From: Mobula hypostoma | Taxonomy: Eukaryota | Direction of reading: 5' to 3' | Assembly: GCF_963921235.1 (NCBI RefSeq) | Contig: NC_086097.1 | Coordinates: forward strand, 223,016,001 to 223,080,000 | Length of the DNA stretch: 64,000 bases | Shown here: positions 1 through 13,330 of the stretch, piece by piece | Layout of the letters: every line of letters begins with the position of its first letter | Position numbering within the stretch: position 1 is the stretch's first letter | The notes under the pieces: generated by a model | What the model saw: the letters and a program-made list of their open reading frames with translations, nothing else | Databases searched by the model: none | Told to the model about the DNA's origin: nothing | Program-made: the position numbers and the translations under genes

Positions 1-279
1 ACGCTGATGTAAAAGCAAACCAAACTTGACAAAAATACAAAAACTAGGATAGGGCCTGGTGTCTGGGGACAATTGGATAAATAGGGGTACATAAGAAGAG
101 TATAAACAGAAATTTGCAGGTGACGTAACCACGAACTGAGAAGTATTCAACATTAGATAAAAGATTATTTTAAGGAACACTGAGATTGTTGCAAAACTGA
201 ACAACCATCTATAATGAAAATGATGAAATAATGAACATGCTAGTGACTTCTCAAAATCAACATTAGCTAAACTACAAAT

Positions 280-660
280 AATGGCAATAAATAATGAAAA
301 ATCACTAGGACTAGATGGTTTCTATTCCAATTTTTTCTTAAAGAAATAAGTGGGGAAACTGCAGACTCTTTTATCCTTCAGAAATCTCTTAACTGGGTAA
401 TTATTGGTTTTGGAGCATTGTATATCCCACTTGCTATTTAAAAAGATGGAGGAGGAGGTAGGAAATTATGCTGTTGTCTATAGTTGGCAAATTAAATTGC
501 TAGTATATTACTGACTTTGGAAACTTTTCACCTTATCTCAGAGAGCCAGTATGACATTGTATATGGTAGATAGTGCCTAAAAATCCTAATTTTTTAAAGT
601 TGACTTAAGTACTGATTGTCAATGATGGTTTCACATGGATTTTCACATGGTAATTGGTGC
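280..660 (+). mobile_element. Highly decayed CR1 LINE ORF2 (RT) fragment
   Basis: Degenerate S-x-G-x-DG / LKE and ISESQ-like RT segments resembling the intact CR1 at 44.9-45.4 kb; no ORF. Boundaries approximate. Confidence 0.45.
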
Positions 661-1247
661 TCCTTAATCAAAACTGTTAAATAAATTTGAAGTTTATGTT
701 CTGTTATGAACAGTTTTCAAAGAACAGAATAACCAGTGAATATTAGGATTCCTGTTCATGTCTGCAGTAATTGAACAATCCATATCTTGTATTTGTGCAT
801 CTTTAAACTCCTGTGAAATTGGGTTAGGTTGATCTGGTTTTGACTCGCTGCCTGTACATCCCTGGGCCAAATCAAGTGACTATATTAGATGACGCTTCAT
901 TCCTGAGGGGGCCCATCAGCAAATCCACAAAGATGAGTAGTTGTTAGTGTCAAGTTTAACTGTGGATAGAGCTTTAGGTCTTGTCATAATGAAGGTTTTG
1001 TAAGAGTTTGTATGGGTCTGATACTTGAAGTCATTTAAAAATATTTGTGAAATTATGAAATATTATATTACACATTAAAACCCTGAGAGATAGCTTAAGA
1101 GGTTTTATTTGTATTTTGCAGTAACCCCCTTCCCAAGCACACTTCATTGCTTCTAAGATTATGGTACCCAAGGTTGGAAAGTGATGACACTTGTACCCAG
1201 ATTTTCAGTGAATCCCTGCAAATCCAAAATTGACTGTCCTGGGACCA

Positions 1248-3990
1248 GTTCAAAGTAAATTTATTTTTAAAGTACATATATGTCAACATACACAACCCTG
1301 AGATTCATTTTCTTGCGGGCATACTCAAAAAGTCCATAATAGAAAAATAACCATAACAGAATCAATGAAAGACTACACCAACTTGGGCATTCAACCAGTC
1401 TGCAAAAGACAACAAACTGCACAAATACCAAAAGAAAAAAATAATAATAGTAAATAATCAATAAATATCGAGAATATAAGATGAAGAGTCCTTGAAAGTG
1501 AGTCCATATGTTGTGGGAACATTTCAGTGATGGGGTGAGTGAAGTTATCCCATTTGGTTCAAGATCCTGATGGTTGAGAGGTGATTTCTGTTCCTGAACC
1601 TGGTAGTGTGAGTCCTGAAGCTCCTGTACCACCTTCCTGATGACAGCAGTGAGAACAGAGCTTAACCTGTGTGCTGGGGGGTCTCTGATGGTGGATGCTT
1701 CTTTTCTGCAACAAAACTTTGTGTAGATATACTCAATGGTGGGCTTTACCTGTGATGGACTGGGCTGTATTCACTACTTTTTGTAGGATTTTCCACTCAA
1801 AGGTGGTTCCTTACCAGGCTGTGATGCAGCCAGTCGATATACTCTCCACCATACATCTTTAGAAGTTTGTCAAAGTTTTGAATGTCCTGCCAAATCTTCA
1901 TAAAGTTCTAAAGAAGTGGGGGCACTGCTTTCTTTGTAATTGCACTTGTGTGCCAGGACAGGTCCTCCGAAATGATAACACCAAGGAACTTAAACTTGCT
2001 GACCCACTCTACCTCTGATCCTCTGAGGACTGGCTCTCTGACCTCTGGTTTTCTCCTCCTGAAGTCAATAATCACCTCCTTGGTCTTGCTGCTACTGAGT
2101 AAGAGGTTGTTGTTATGGCATTACTCAGCCAGATTTTCAGTCTCCCTCCTTATATGCTGATTCATCATCGCCTTTGTTTCGGCCTATGACAGTGATGTCA
2201 TCAGTAAACTTGGATTTGGCACTGGAGCAGTACTGAGCCACACAGTTATGAGTATAAAGTGAGTAGAGCAGGGGGCTAAGCACGCAGCCTTGTGGTTCAC
2301 CTGTGCTGAGGGAGGAGATTGTTGAGATGTTGTTGCCAATCTGAAGTGACTGGGGTCTGCAAGTGAGGAAAATAAGGATCCAGTTGCACAAGGAGGTATT
2401 GTAGGATTTGAAGTTTATTGATTAGTATTGATGGTATTGAATGCAAAGATGTAATCGATAAAGAGCATCTTGATGTATGCATCTTTGCTGTCCAGATATT
2501 CCAGGATTTAGTGAAGAGCCAATGAGATGGCACCTGCTGTGGATTTGTTGTGCCAGTAGGTAACTTGGAGTGGATCCAAGCCACTTCTCAGGCAGGAGTT
2601 GATATGTTTCATCACTAACCTCTCAAAACATTTCATCACAGTGGATATAAGTGCTACTGAATGATAGCCATTGAGGTAGGTTACCATGTTCTTCTTGGGC
2701 ACTGATTCAAGTGAAGTCTGCTTGCAGAAGGTGGGTACCTCTCACTGCTGAAGCAAGACATTAAAGACCTTAGGTGAACACTCCAGCCAGTTGATCAGCA
2801 AAGGTCTTTAGTACTTGGCCAGGTACCCCCTATGAGCCAGCTGATTTCTGTGGGTTCACCCTTTTGAATGGTGCTTGCATGTCAGCCTCAGAGACTGAAA
2901 TCACAGATCATCAGTCTGTGGGATAGTTCCTCGATGTTTTGACGGTCGAAGAAAGCATAGAAGGCATGGAGCTCATCTGCATGTTGCTTGATTTTGCTTT
3001 GTAAGAGGTGATAGCATTCAAGCCCTGCCACAACTGTCGATTCAAGTTTAGTCTGGAATTGCCACTTTGCCCATCGTACCTGGACTGCTTGTAACTTTCT
3101 TGGTAACAGGACTTCAATGCCTCTGACCTGGTCTTCGGCAGATTGCAGCTCATGGTTCATCCAGGGCTTCTAGTTGTGGAAGACTCTGAATAATTTTGTG
3201 GTGACACACTCGTCTATAACTGTTTTAATAAAATCCATGACAACTATGGTTTATTCATTCAGATCCACAGTTGAGTCCTTGAACACAGCCCAGTCCACCA
3301 ACTCGCAATCCCATAGCCAGTCCTCTTCCTCCTGCGACTTCCTTTTATTTGTTATAATCTCTGGATCCTTGCTTTTTGGCCTCTGCAGGTAGGAGAAGGA
3401 CAGCCAAATTGTCAGATTTCCCAAAATGAAGTCTGGGCATGGATTGGAAGGTATTACCCAGCTTAGTGTAACTGTGATCTAGTGTGTTGGAACCTCTGAT
3501 GCTATAGGTTATATACTAATGGTAATTGAGCAGGGTTTTCTTCAAACAAGCCAGGTTGAAGTCCCCATCTGTGATTTGAAATGCGTTAGAGTGGACTGTT
3601 TCTTGTTTGGAGACGGCATCATGCAGTATCTCAAGCGCTTGATTGTAGTTGGCCACTGGAGGAATGTATACTGTCAGGATTATGGAGGAGAACTCCATAA
3701 ATAGAATGGCCGACATTTGACCGTTAGGTGTTCAAAGTCAGGGGAACATGAGTTCAACAAAACCATCGCATCAGAGCACCACTGAAGGTTTATCATAAAA
3801 CATACACCTCCACCTTTTGCCTTTTCCGAATCAGCAGTTTGATCTGTCCTATGAGTCGAGAAGTCAAATCGCTGTATCTGGTATGCTGGGAGTAAGCCAT
3901 GTCTCAATTACACATAGAGCACAGCAATCTCTCATTTCCCTCTGATACAGCAATCTTACCCTCAGGTCCTCTATTTTGTTTTTCAGTGAC
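1248..3990 (-). mobile_element. Decayed Rex1/Babar LINE (EN + RT + 3' UTR), inside the ABCC intron upstream of exon 4201
   Basis: Minus-strand ORF pieces: GGGVCFMIN and VYIPP...GDFN (endonuclease), YHSVALISTVMKCFERLV, CNWIL...[22 protein letters not shown]. 3' UTR ends near 1250. Confidence 0.85.
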
Positions 3991-4200
3991 TACACATTTG
4001 CTAACAAGATGCTGGGTTGGGGTTGGGGGGGGTATCATTCCTCTGTGCTTTAGCTTGGCTTGGAGCGTTTTAGTTGGGCACCCTGTCAGAATCACCCAGC
4101 TACAATTCCATCCATTATTTCCATTTCTTTCTAAATAATGTTTATCCAGTTTTTGCTTGTTTATATAGGATATTAATTTTGATGGTCCTTGTCTTTACAG

Positions 4201-4309
4201 GCTGTATAAAGGTTGATGGTATAGATATTTCCTTTGTGACATTGGACCACTTAAGGAAATCAATCTCAATAATTCCCCAGGATCCTATTCTGTTCAGTGG
4301 CACAATCAG
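4201..4309 (+). CDS. ABCC-family (SUR/ABCC8/9-like) transporter, NBD2 exon [37 protein letters not shown]
   Basis: tttacag acceptor ending at 4200, GTAAAT donor at 4310; Q-loop [14 protein letters not shown] typical of ABCC NBD2; 109 bp. Confidence 0.93.
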
Positions 4310-4424
4310 GTAAATTATATACAGTAAATGAAGAGATATCAGAGTACCCATGAGGAAATGAATTACATTTTTTCCATTTTTACCAGTTTGCTGAAATGCA
4401 TTATAACCTCTGATTAATGTCTAG

Positions 4425-4503
4425 ATTTAATTTGGATCCATACTCAACACATAGTGATGAAGAACTCTGGGAAGCACTGGAAGTTACACAGTTGAAGCCT
4501 ATG
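4425..4503 (+). CDS. ABCC/SUR-like exon (R)FNLDPYSTHSDEELWEALEVTQLKPM
   Basis: ctag acceptor, GTAAGT donor; phase-compatible with the previous exon (AG|A = R); NLDP...LWEALE motif. Confidence 0.92.
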
Positions 4504-6336
4504 GTAAGTGAGTCATGTAATAAAATGGTGTTGCACAGAGATGGTGAGGGTGAGGAAAGGATTGCTACCATGGGGAGTAGAGGAAGGCAATGTAGGGATG
4601 GAGGTCAGTATGTGGATCACCAGTCAGAATTTAGAGGTGGATGGGATATCACAGGAAGAGAGAATCCGGGTAGATGGGCAAATGGTACTTTGGACAACTT
4701 GAACAAGAAGGGGATGCCTGAGATCACAATTGGGGTTGTGGAAGGTGTGAGGACCTTAAGTCAATAATAATGACCCTCTCTTGAAGATCTGCTTCCATGA
4801 TCTAGATCTTCAAATCCATTGGTTTGGCAGAGCTGAAGATAAATGAGCATTGTACACCAGTTAAAAAAGCAAGCACTTACAAGGTGCCGACAATACCTTT
4901 GATTTCTGCTACAACCACTGTCCTTCAAGCACAGAATTCAGGGCTTAAATTCAGAGTTTATTGTCATATGCACAGGGCATTGAACTTGCAGTAACATCAC
5001 AGTCACATAGCATCATACATGCAGCACGCATAAGAAAACATGACTTGAGCAGTTTTTAACAACAAAAAAGGGTATTTTGGTGCAAAGTAATTAACATGAT
5101 CATAATGTTGCTGTTCTAGGTTGGTTCAAGAACTGAACATTCTGATCGGCATTTACAAATTCTGCACATAGTCAGTTTTAATATTTTAAACAAGTTCAAG
5201 ATCAATAGCAATATAGGTCTTTGGGCACCTTTCCGTTAATGGTTAGATTACAACTGCCTGGCATTTTTAATTTAAAGCCTCTGTACCCCCAAGGAAGCAA
5301 CTTTTGTCTGTAATTTTATAATGCTGTTTAGTGTGGAATCTGAAATATTTCTAAACTACTATGTAGTGCAGTGGAACTTTTACTTCTTATGATTAAGAAG
5401 ACAGTTTCCTCTTGACAGGTCCTGGAGGACGTTCTGAGCAAGTTGGTAATAGCAGTGTCTGAAGTTTTGACTTTGTCAAGACATGCACGTATAGAAAGAA
5501 TGTTTGCTTCACTACACCAGCACATCTGTTGCAGAGATGAAGCAATGCTCTTGAGCAATAGTCAATATTTCCTCAATGAAATGTTCAATGAAAATTTCTG
5601 TAATCCATACATACAGAATGTTTTCAGTATAGCTTTGATAATGAGTTCTACACTTTTCCTTTAGCCTCTTTCTGCTAAAGGCTAACATGTTAATTATGTA
5701 CTTCAAATTCTTGCTTGGTTGAATTACTTTGAAATGCCCACATTTGTCTAAATATCACTTACTAGCTGGTAAATACTCAATGAAAAAAAGAGCAATATCA
5801 AAGGTACGTGATGTGTTTTAAGTTCCTCTGCATCTTCTAGTATGTACCATGCCTTTTCTATATGCAGTGCATTTTAACAAGAAGCCTATCTGTCCAACCA
5901 ATATGAACCATGCCTCTCTTCCCACAATTCTATAATGCAAAGCTTCTATGTATGAACTGTTTATTTTAATATAGACTTAACTTGTTTTCTTTAAATGTTT
6001 GAAGATTACAATGTGAATGTCTCTACAATAGTGTAGTGTCCAAATATTAATATATCTTTAAAGAGTTTACAGATCATAATAAAAATGTCCCATCTTAAAT
6101 CAGAAAGCACTGTGTTGAATTGAGAATGGAGCTGACAGTCAGGGAATTCGGCCAGGATAGAAAATACCACGTTGGTGAAGGAGGTGGGAAATAGTGGAAG
6201 GGGTAGAAGAGGTTGGTGGTGCGAGAAAGAGGTAAAAATCACAAGAAAAAGGAGAGCTGGTCAGAAAGAACTAAAACAACTTGTAGAAATCCACAATCAT
6301 CTTGATATTGGTATATGCAACCATGAAATCTAGGTA

Positions 6337-7288
6337 CAATGGTATGCAAAAGTTTGGGCACTCCGGTCAAAATTTCTGTTACTGTGAATAGCTAAGTGAG
6401 TAGAAGTTGAACTTATTTCCAAAAGGCATATCTTTGCTCATTGTGGCCAAAAAGTCCTATTTTAACTTCATCAGTCCACAGGATTTGTTTCCAAAATGCA
6501 TCAGGCTTGTTTAGATGTTCCTTTGAACCTTTTGGATAGAACTTTTTGGCCGCAATGAGCAAAGGTATGTTTGGAGAAAAAAGGGTGCAGAATTTCATGA
6601 AAAGGACCCCTCTCCAACTGTAAGCACAGGGGTAGATCGATCATGCTTTGGGCTTGTGTTGCAGCCAGTGGCACGGGGAACATTTCACTGGTAGAGGGAA
6701 GAATGAATTCAATTAAATACCAGCAAATTCTGGAAGCAAACATCACACCGTCTGTAAAAAAAAGCCGAAGATGAAAAAAGGATGGCTTCTACAACAGGAT
6801 AATGAACCTAAACACACCTCAAAATCCACAATGGACTACCTCAAGAGGCGCAAGCTGAAGGTTTTGCCATGGCCCTCACAGTCCCCTGACTTAAACATCA
6901 TCCAGAATCTGTGGATAGACCTCAAAAGAGCAGTGCATGCAAGCCGGCCCAAAACTCTCAGAACTAGAAGCCTTTTGCAAGGAAGAATGCATGAAAATCC
7001 CCCAAACAAGAATTGGAAGACTCTTAGCTGGCTACAAAAAGCGTTTACAAGCTGTGATACTTGACAAAGGGGGTGTTACGAAGTACATGCAGGGTGCCCA
7101 AACTTTTGCTTCGGGCCCTTTTCCTTTTTGTTATTTTGAAATTGTAAAAGATGGAAATAAAAAAAGTTTTCTTGCTTAAAATATTAAAGAAATGTGTCAT
7201 CTTTAACTTTATGCCTCTTGGAAATCAGTTCATCTTAGCTATTCACAGTAACAGAAATTTTGACCAGGCAAACTTTTGCATGCCACTG
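6337..7288 (+). mobile_element. Tc1 DNA transposon, internally deleted and rearranged, in an ABCC intron
   Basis: TA at 6335-6336 and 7289-7290; imperfect TIRs CAaTGGtATGCAAAAGTTTG...GGTCAAAATTTCTGTTACTGTGAATAGCT; catalytic motifs WTDE, QQDNEPKH and WPSQSPDLNIIQNLW (catalytic E changed to Q). Confidence 0.95.
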
Positions 7289-7878
7289 TAGATATTACAG
7301 AAAAAGCTGAAAAGGCCAAGTCAGGTAGTATCTGTGAAAAGAGCAATAATTAATATTTCAGGCCTTGGATCTTTCAACAAAACTAGGAAAGAGAGAAATA
7401 AGTCAGTTTTAAGAAGCAGAGAAAACAGGTGAGGACGATGGGTGGAACAAAGGGGTGAAAGGAAACATGAGATGATCAAAAGATTGAGGATAACCTGAGT
7501 GTGAGGCAAATAGGAAGGTACCACCCTTACTGACAGGCAGCTTTCATTTGCAAATGCATAGGACAAGACAGAGAACTATGACATTCTAAGATGTGGAAGA
7601 TTGCTGTAATGTCGAGTCCTTTGAACTATTCATACTCTTATTAGTGTTCAAAATAGAAAGAAACAAAAAAATGCAGTTTGATACCTACACATTCAAGAGG
7701 AAACATATTTAATTCCTTTTAACAATCTAGACTAAGTAGAACTTTGTCAGTCACAGAGATCTTAAGATCGATCAGCAATGAATTGTTAAGAGCAATAGTA
7801 ATTTTAAAGAGACTGTTTTGATATGCAGTTGATTGAATCGCTGACTTTAAATTCACATGATACGTTTTATTTCAATAG

Positions 7879-8055
7879 GTCAGTGAGCTTCCTGAAGGGC
7901 TAAATGCCATTGTAGCAGAAGGGACTGAAAACTTCAGCCAGGGGCAGAGACAGCTTTTTTGCATCGCTAGAGCAATGATCAGGAAATCAAAAATTATCAT
8001 TATGGATGAGGCCACTGCATCTGTTGACATGGAAACTGATGCTGCTCTTCAAACT
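7879..8055 (+). CDS. ABCC/SUR-like exon with ABC signature and Walker [60 protein letters not shown]
   Basis: ttttatttcaatag acceptor, GTGAGG donor, phase 0-0, 177 bp open; FSQGQRQ signature and DEATAS Walker B/D-loop. Confidence 0.95.
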
Positions 8056-9253
8056 GTGAGGATTTTTTTCCTGTATGCTCTGAATACAATTTGCGTCTTA
8101 CAATGAATTATCATAAGTCCAAGTGATCTAATGCTGACTGGCTTTTATATTTGAACTAGTGTTGTTGCAAAATTTTGCCTTACATACATGGTGTTCTGCT
8201 GTGATTTATTTCCTTTATGTTAGGAGTTCTGAATTAGCTTATAGAAGTCAAAGCAGTGCAATAGATCTCTATCAGCAAAATATATTTTTGCATTTGCATC
8301 TATTTAACATCGACTTAAACAGAGTAAAGTTTCTGAAGAATATATAAGGAAGGATATGTTTTCAGGTAACAATACTTGAATGGAATTACTTTTAATGATG
8401 GAAATTTTCAGCAAGTTCAATGGTTAAATCTGAAGATAAATGATTAACATGTCATTTAATGACCTACTAACAGAAATAAAAGATAAGACTTTTATGTGGC
8501 AGAGAAAGGCAAAATGGGAAGGTGATAAATTAGGATAAATGGATATATTTCTGCTGGGGCAGGTCAGGAATGATAACATTTCAAAATTGACTCTTTTTCC
8601 GTTTTCATGTGTTCTAATATGGCAACTTTTCACACTATTTGATATGCCTGAATTGTCCTCAACTGATTACTTCTTCCTCCTTATTCCTCAAATAATCGTT
8701 ATAGAATTCCCTTTGAATCTGGCATAAATTTGGAATGGCACCTTCAAAGGTTCCCCGTAAAATTATTGAAATGTTTTCTTCTAAACGTTATCAATAATCT
8801 ACATTTTCAAATAAAAATGCATATAAAGTCAACCGATGACCACTGAGTTCCCATGCCATCTTTCAGTTTCCAGTAACAGAACATTTCAGATATCGTACTT
8901 CTTTGTGCTTTTAGATTTCAGACTCCAGTAGTGGCCCCACTATTTAAAATATTCAGATTCATTGACTGCATTCTTTAATTTCATTTCAATTTTTATTAAA
9001 GTATATGGAATGCCATAGAAATTTATAGTCCTATTGGCTCTGCAATACTATGCTATTATACATCCTAGTGTGTAGATGCTAATCATTTTCCTATAAATGG
9101 ACATTTGGGGTTAGAATACATTTTCAGCATTAATATTTCGAATTGTTACATTTTTAATATCAAAGTAAGCAATATGTTCAATGTTAACCTTAAGAACATT
9201 TGGTATTACAACTACCATTCATTGTACATCTGTGTATTTGGTTTCTTTTCTAG

Positions 9254-9454
9254 GTTCTTTCTACTGCATTTACAAATAGCACAACACTTATTATCGCTCA
9301 TAGAATACAAACTATTATGGATTGTGAGAGAATTCTTGTTATGGACCAAGGGAGGATTGTCGAAGATGGAGATCCAAAAATCCTGCAACAATGCGACAGT
9401 ATATTTTCTAGACTGATTAAAGGACCGCCAAATCATGATCAGACAGATTGCTAA
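9254..9454 (+). CDS. ABCC/SUR-like terminal coding exon VLSTAFTNSTTLIIAHRIQTIMDCERILVMDQGRIVEDGDPKILQQCDSIFSRLIKGPPNHDQTDC*
   Basis: tttcttttctag acceptor; H-loop IAHR; TAA at 9452-9454. Confidence 0.93.
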   Translation, partial: VLSTAFTNSTTLIIAHRIQTIMDCERILVMDQGRIVEDGDPKILQQCDSIFSRLIKGPPNHDQTDC

Positions 9455-9926
9455 AACTGTATATGCATTTTTAAAAGTCCTGTAAAGTGGGAAATGTCAG
9501 CAAGAGAACTCCTTACCAAAAGAATACTCTATGAAAAAGGAAAAAAAAAAGAGTGATTTTAAATATTGTATTATAACAAAGTAACTTGAAGATTTGATTT
9601 TGGTGCCTAATTTGAGTGTTAATATGTGATTAAACGTATTTATACATTTGTTTGTGGTAGCTAGTCCTAAACCTGGTGCTGTAAGAATTACCAACCATTC
9701 AACTTGTATACTGTGTATCACTTGATAATTCACCAGAGTCTGTTGTGTAAAATAAGATGTCTACTAAATATTGTTGATACAAGGAATGTCTTCCATTCAG
9801 ACTTGATTAATGTTTCTCTATTGAATATAGTGTAGCTGCAAGGTAGATGAAGTTCTACTGGAAAAATGTTACAGTTGATAAGTAAATTAGTAATATTTGG
9901 ATTTGGTACTGTTTTTCCATATTTTA

Positions 9927-9932
9927 AATAAA
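9927..9932 (+). terminator. Candidate polyadenylation signal of the ABCC gene
   Basis: AATAAA in the AT-rich, repeat-free sequence after the stop codon; not validated. Confidence 0.35.
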
Positions 9933-10084
9933 GTTATGAGATTCCAATTAGATAAATAGAAATCTGCACTATAGTAAATTCAGGTTTTACTAAAAAGAAA
10001 TCAACTGCCTATGTTTTGTGTCAAAGTTAATATAAAATCATGAATATTAATAATTGGAAACTTTTATAGAATGTGGTATAGTAC

Positions 10085-11690
10085 AGGGCAACACAGGAAC
10101 AGACCCTTTAGCTTAATTAGTTCAGCATAACATAATGGGCCAATGACACCTGATCACTCTGCCTGAACATGGTCCCTATTGCTCCATTCTGTGCATATTT
10201 GTGTGCCTAAGAACCTCTTAAATACTTCTGTCAGATCTGCCTCCACCATCACCCCTAGCAGCATAAGCACCCACCACTCTGCATTTTAAAAAAAAACACT
10301 TGGCTTGCAATTCTCCTTTGAACTTTCCCCCCTCGCACCTTGAATATATATTCCACAGGGATATATACCCTCTAGTATCAGGCATTTTGACTAGGGAAAA
10401 AGATACCAGCTATCTACTCTACCAACGTCTTTCATAATTTTATAAACTTCAATCAGGTCAGCCTCTACCACTCAAGAGAAATTAATCTTAGTTTGTCCAA
10501 CTTCTCCTCATACCCTCTAATCTAGGCAACATCTTGGTAAACCTTGCCCAAACTCTCTCCACAGCTGCCTCTTCCTATAATGGAGTGACCAAAATTGAAT
10601 ACAATACTTCAGATGTGGCTTAATTAAAGTTTAATAAAGCTGCAACATAATTTCCTGACCCTTGAACTCAGTACCTCAACTTATAAAGTAGACAAGTCAT
10701 ATGCCTTCTTTACGACCCTATTGACTTGTCACTCTCAGGGCGCTATCAACTTGGACCCCAGTACAGTATCACTCTACGTCAATACTGTTAAGGATCCTGC
10801 CATTAACAGTGTATTTTTCCTTAATCATTAATATCTCAAAGTGCAACACCTCACACATAGCCAGATTAAACTCCCCCTATTACTTTGCTTTTATCTGAAT
10901 TAACCATCATACTGCTATATCCTATGGCAACCTTCTACATTACAATACCAATATGTGTCATCAGCAAACTATATTTTATAATTTCACAAACAGCAAAGAT
11001 GCAAACAGTACAGATCCCTGTGGAACACACTAGTCACAAATGTCAAGCCAACAGACCCACTGAGCGCTGCCCACCATCTTCTATGGGCAACCCAAAAGGC
11101 CAAATCTCTCTGGATCCTATGCATATTAATTTTCTAGGTGAGCTACCAAGAAGGACTTCCGAAAATCCATGTAAACAACATCCACTGTTCTACCTTCATT
11201 GCTTTCATTTATCGTCTCCTCAAAAAACTCAATTCAGTTGGGAGGACATGACCTGGCCTGCACAAAACCATGCTTTTCCAAATGCTCATAAATCTTCTAA
11301 CTAATAGCTGATGAGAACCCCACCAACCTATAGTTTTCAGGGTTATTCCTACTTCCTTTCTTGAACAAAGGAACAGCATTAGATAGACATTTTCGGTCCT
11401 TTGTGATCATCTCTGTGGCTGGAAAGAACACAAAAGATATTGGGCAAGGCTCTAGCAATCTCATCATTTGCCTCTCTTAGGCACAGATCCATCTTATAAT
11501 GTTCTTTAAGAGACCCAACACAATGCCTTCCTAGCATTATTACAATCTCCACACTGATCTCACTCTCCTCCACAAGCTCCCTTTGCTAAATACAGATGCA
11601 AATTACTCATTTAGAACCTCACCCAGCTCCTCTACCTCCAACCAAGTTCCCTCCTTTATCCTTGAGTAGTTCTACCATCTCCCTTGTTAG
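10085..11690 (-). mobile_element. Old CR1 LINE ORF2/3' end, decayed
   Basis: Antisense CR1 phrases (caccactctg...aaaaa, tggagtgaccaaaattgaatacaatactt, tcagcaaact); many indels. Confidence 0.6.
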
Positions 11691-11699
11691 CAACTGAAA

Positions 11700-12260
11700 T
11701 AGAAAGGTATTTAGGTCTGTTGTGATAGTGATTGTCCATATTTTAGTGAGGTAACTGAATGTGTCAAAGAGGTTAGCCTACATGGACTTCAACAGGCCTT
11801 TGACAAAATCCTGCTTGAAAGATTGGTCCAAAAAGTAAGAATACATGATCTTCTGGGTCAACTTGCATAATTGGATATAAAGTTGGTTTGGTGATAAGAG
11901 TCAGGGTAATGGTTGAAAATTGTGTTTCCAAATGGAAGCCTGTAACCAGTGGAGTATCCCAAACATCAGTGCTAGCACTCTTGCTCTTTGTAATGCAGAT
12001 TAATGACATGGATGTGAATGTAAGAGGTATCTTCAGTGTGTTCAGAGGTGACACCACAGTTGGTAGAGTTTTTGATAGAGAGGAGAGTAGTCTTTGGCTA
12101 TAGAACAATATTGATAATTTGGCAGAGAAATGTGATATGATATATTTTGGGAGGAACACTAAGGCTTGGACATACAAAAGCACCAGTAGGACTCTTGGAA
12201 AAACAGAGGAATGTAGAATAGGGAAATGTGCACAGCTTCTTGAAGTGCAATTCAAAAGAT
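11700..12260 (+). mobile_element. Old CR1 RT fragment
   Basis: YMDF..AFDK and SKWKPVTSGVSQTSVL motifs (ORF 11888-12103). Confidence 0.65.
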
Positions 12261-12309
12261 GAATGCCTCATGATTCTCTGGCTCAACAACACAAAACCAA
12301 CATGTTACT

Positions 12310-13330
12310 ATCATTACTACATATGTCCAACATGGTAGCTTCAGATGACATCAAAGAGGACTCAACTCTGACCTGCATTCTATAAAGAACCAACCTGACA
12401 CGTCCCTACAATGAACGTGACTGGCAAGGAAGGCAAACTCCTACAGGGTCCTTCTTCTTACAAAATGTTTGGGGTATGGTCTTTTCATAAAGAACACTTT
12501 ATTTCATCAGAGGCCAAACACAAAATATCATGATAACAATACCGATCCAAGCTGTCACACCTGCTGGATTACATCATCAGCCAAGGGACTGTAAAGATGT
12601 ACATATTGTCCATACCAATGACAACTATCAATCACTAATGGACTCACCATAGTAACAGCTGGACTGGTGTAATCCACTAACCTAACCTAGAAACATCAAT
12701 GTCATCAAGCAATTCTGCAAGAAGATCAATGTCAAAGCAATCATGGACCTCACAGAGGCAGCTCTTCTCAGACAGCATCTCATGGACTATCTAGACATGG
12801 AGTTGACGGAGTATTCACAGATTATGGGCCACAGTGCAGTTCACTATAACTGACACTTGGAAAACAAAGAAAAATCAAATAGGGGCTACTAAATTCTAAG
12901 ATGCATACCTTTACTGAAATTCATCAGCAAACAACAGCAGTCACAAATTTATAATCTGTTCGCAGGCATCTGGAAAAAGAATATTCTAGGGGATTTCCAA
13001 GAACATGCAACTCTAACCACTTTCCAGAAAGGGACAAGTCCAGCTATGGTAACTTCAGGGGGTGCCCCTGCTGTATCTAATGGGAAAGTCATTGCCATAG
13101 TACTTCTCCATCTCTTCCTCCCACTGACTAAAGCTGCTCTCAAATCGTAATGAGGAATCTATCCATCTATAGCCACAATGGACTGAAGGATATAAAATGA
13201 TTAACTTTATCGTCAACATCGGCAAACCATAGGTCCTCTACCCACCTCTCCATGCTGTATCACTTTGTCCTCCTACAATAAAAAAATACTGTATGATACT
13301 GAAAAATATGGACACCCTCGTACATCTTCA
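12310..13330 (+). mobile_element. Highly decayed RTE-clade LINE fragment
   Basis: QKGDKSSYGNFRG...GKVIAIVLL around 13026-13110 resembles the RTE RT motif KGDxxxCGNYRGISLL; upstream sequence looks like decayed EN. Confidence 0.5.

Noticed and set aside
1..4200. Walker A exon (GRTGSGKS) of NBD2
   Set aside because: Not found by eye; probably upstream of the window.
4504..4767. ORF extension after the ABCC exon (MVSESCNK...)
   Set aside because: Intron read-through past a canonical GTAAGT donor; ABCC similarity resumes at 7879.
7295..7400. Additional hammerhead copies (also about 13400-13520)
   Set aside because: They resemble very old Penelope termini, but the core boxes are lost.
4201..9454. 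Assigning the symbol ABCC8 or ABCC9
   Set aside because: Only the C-terminal part of NBD2 is visible; sequence and introns diverge; orthology cannot be established here.
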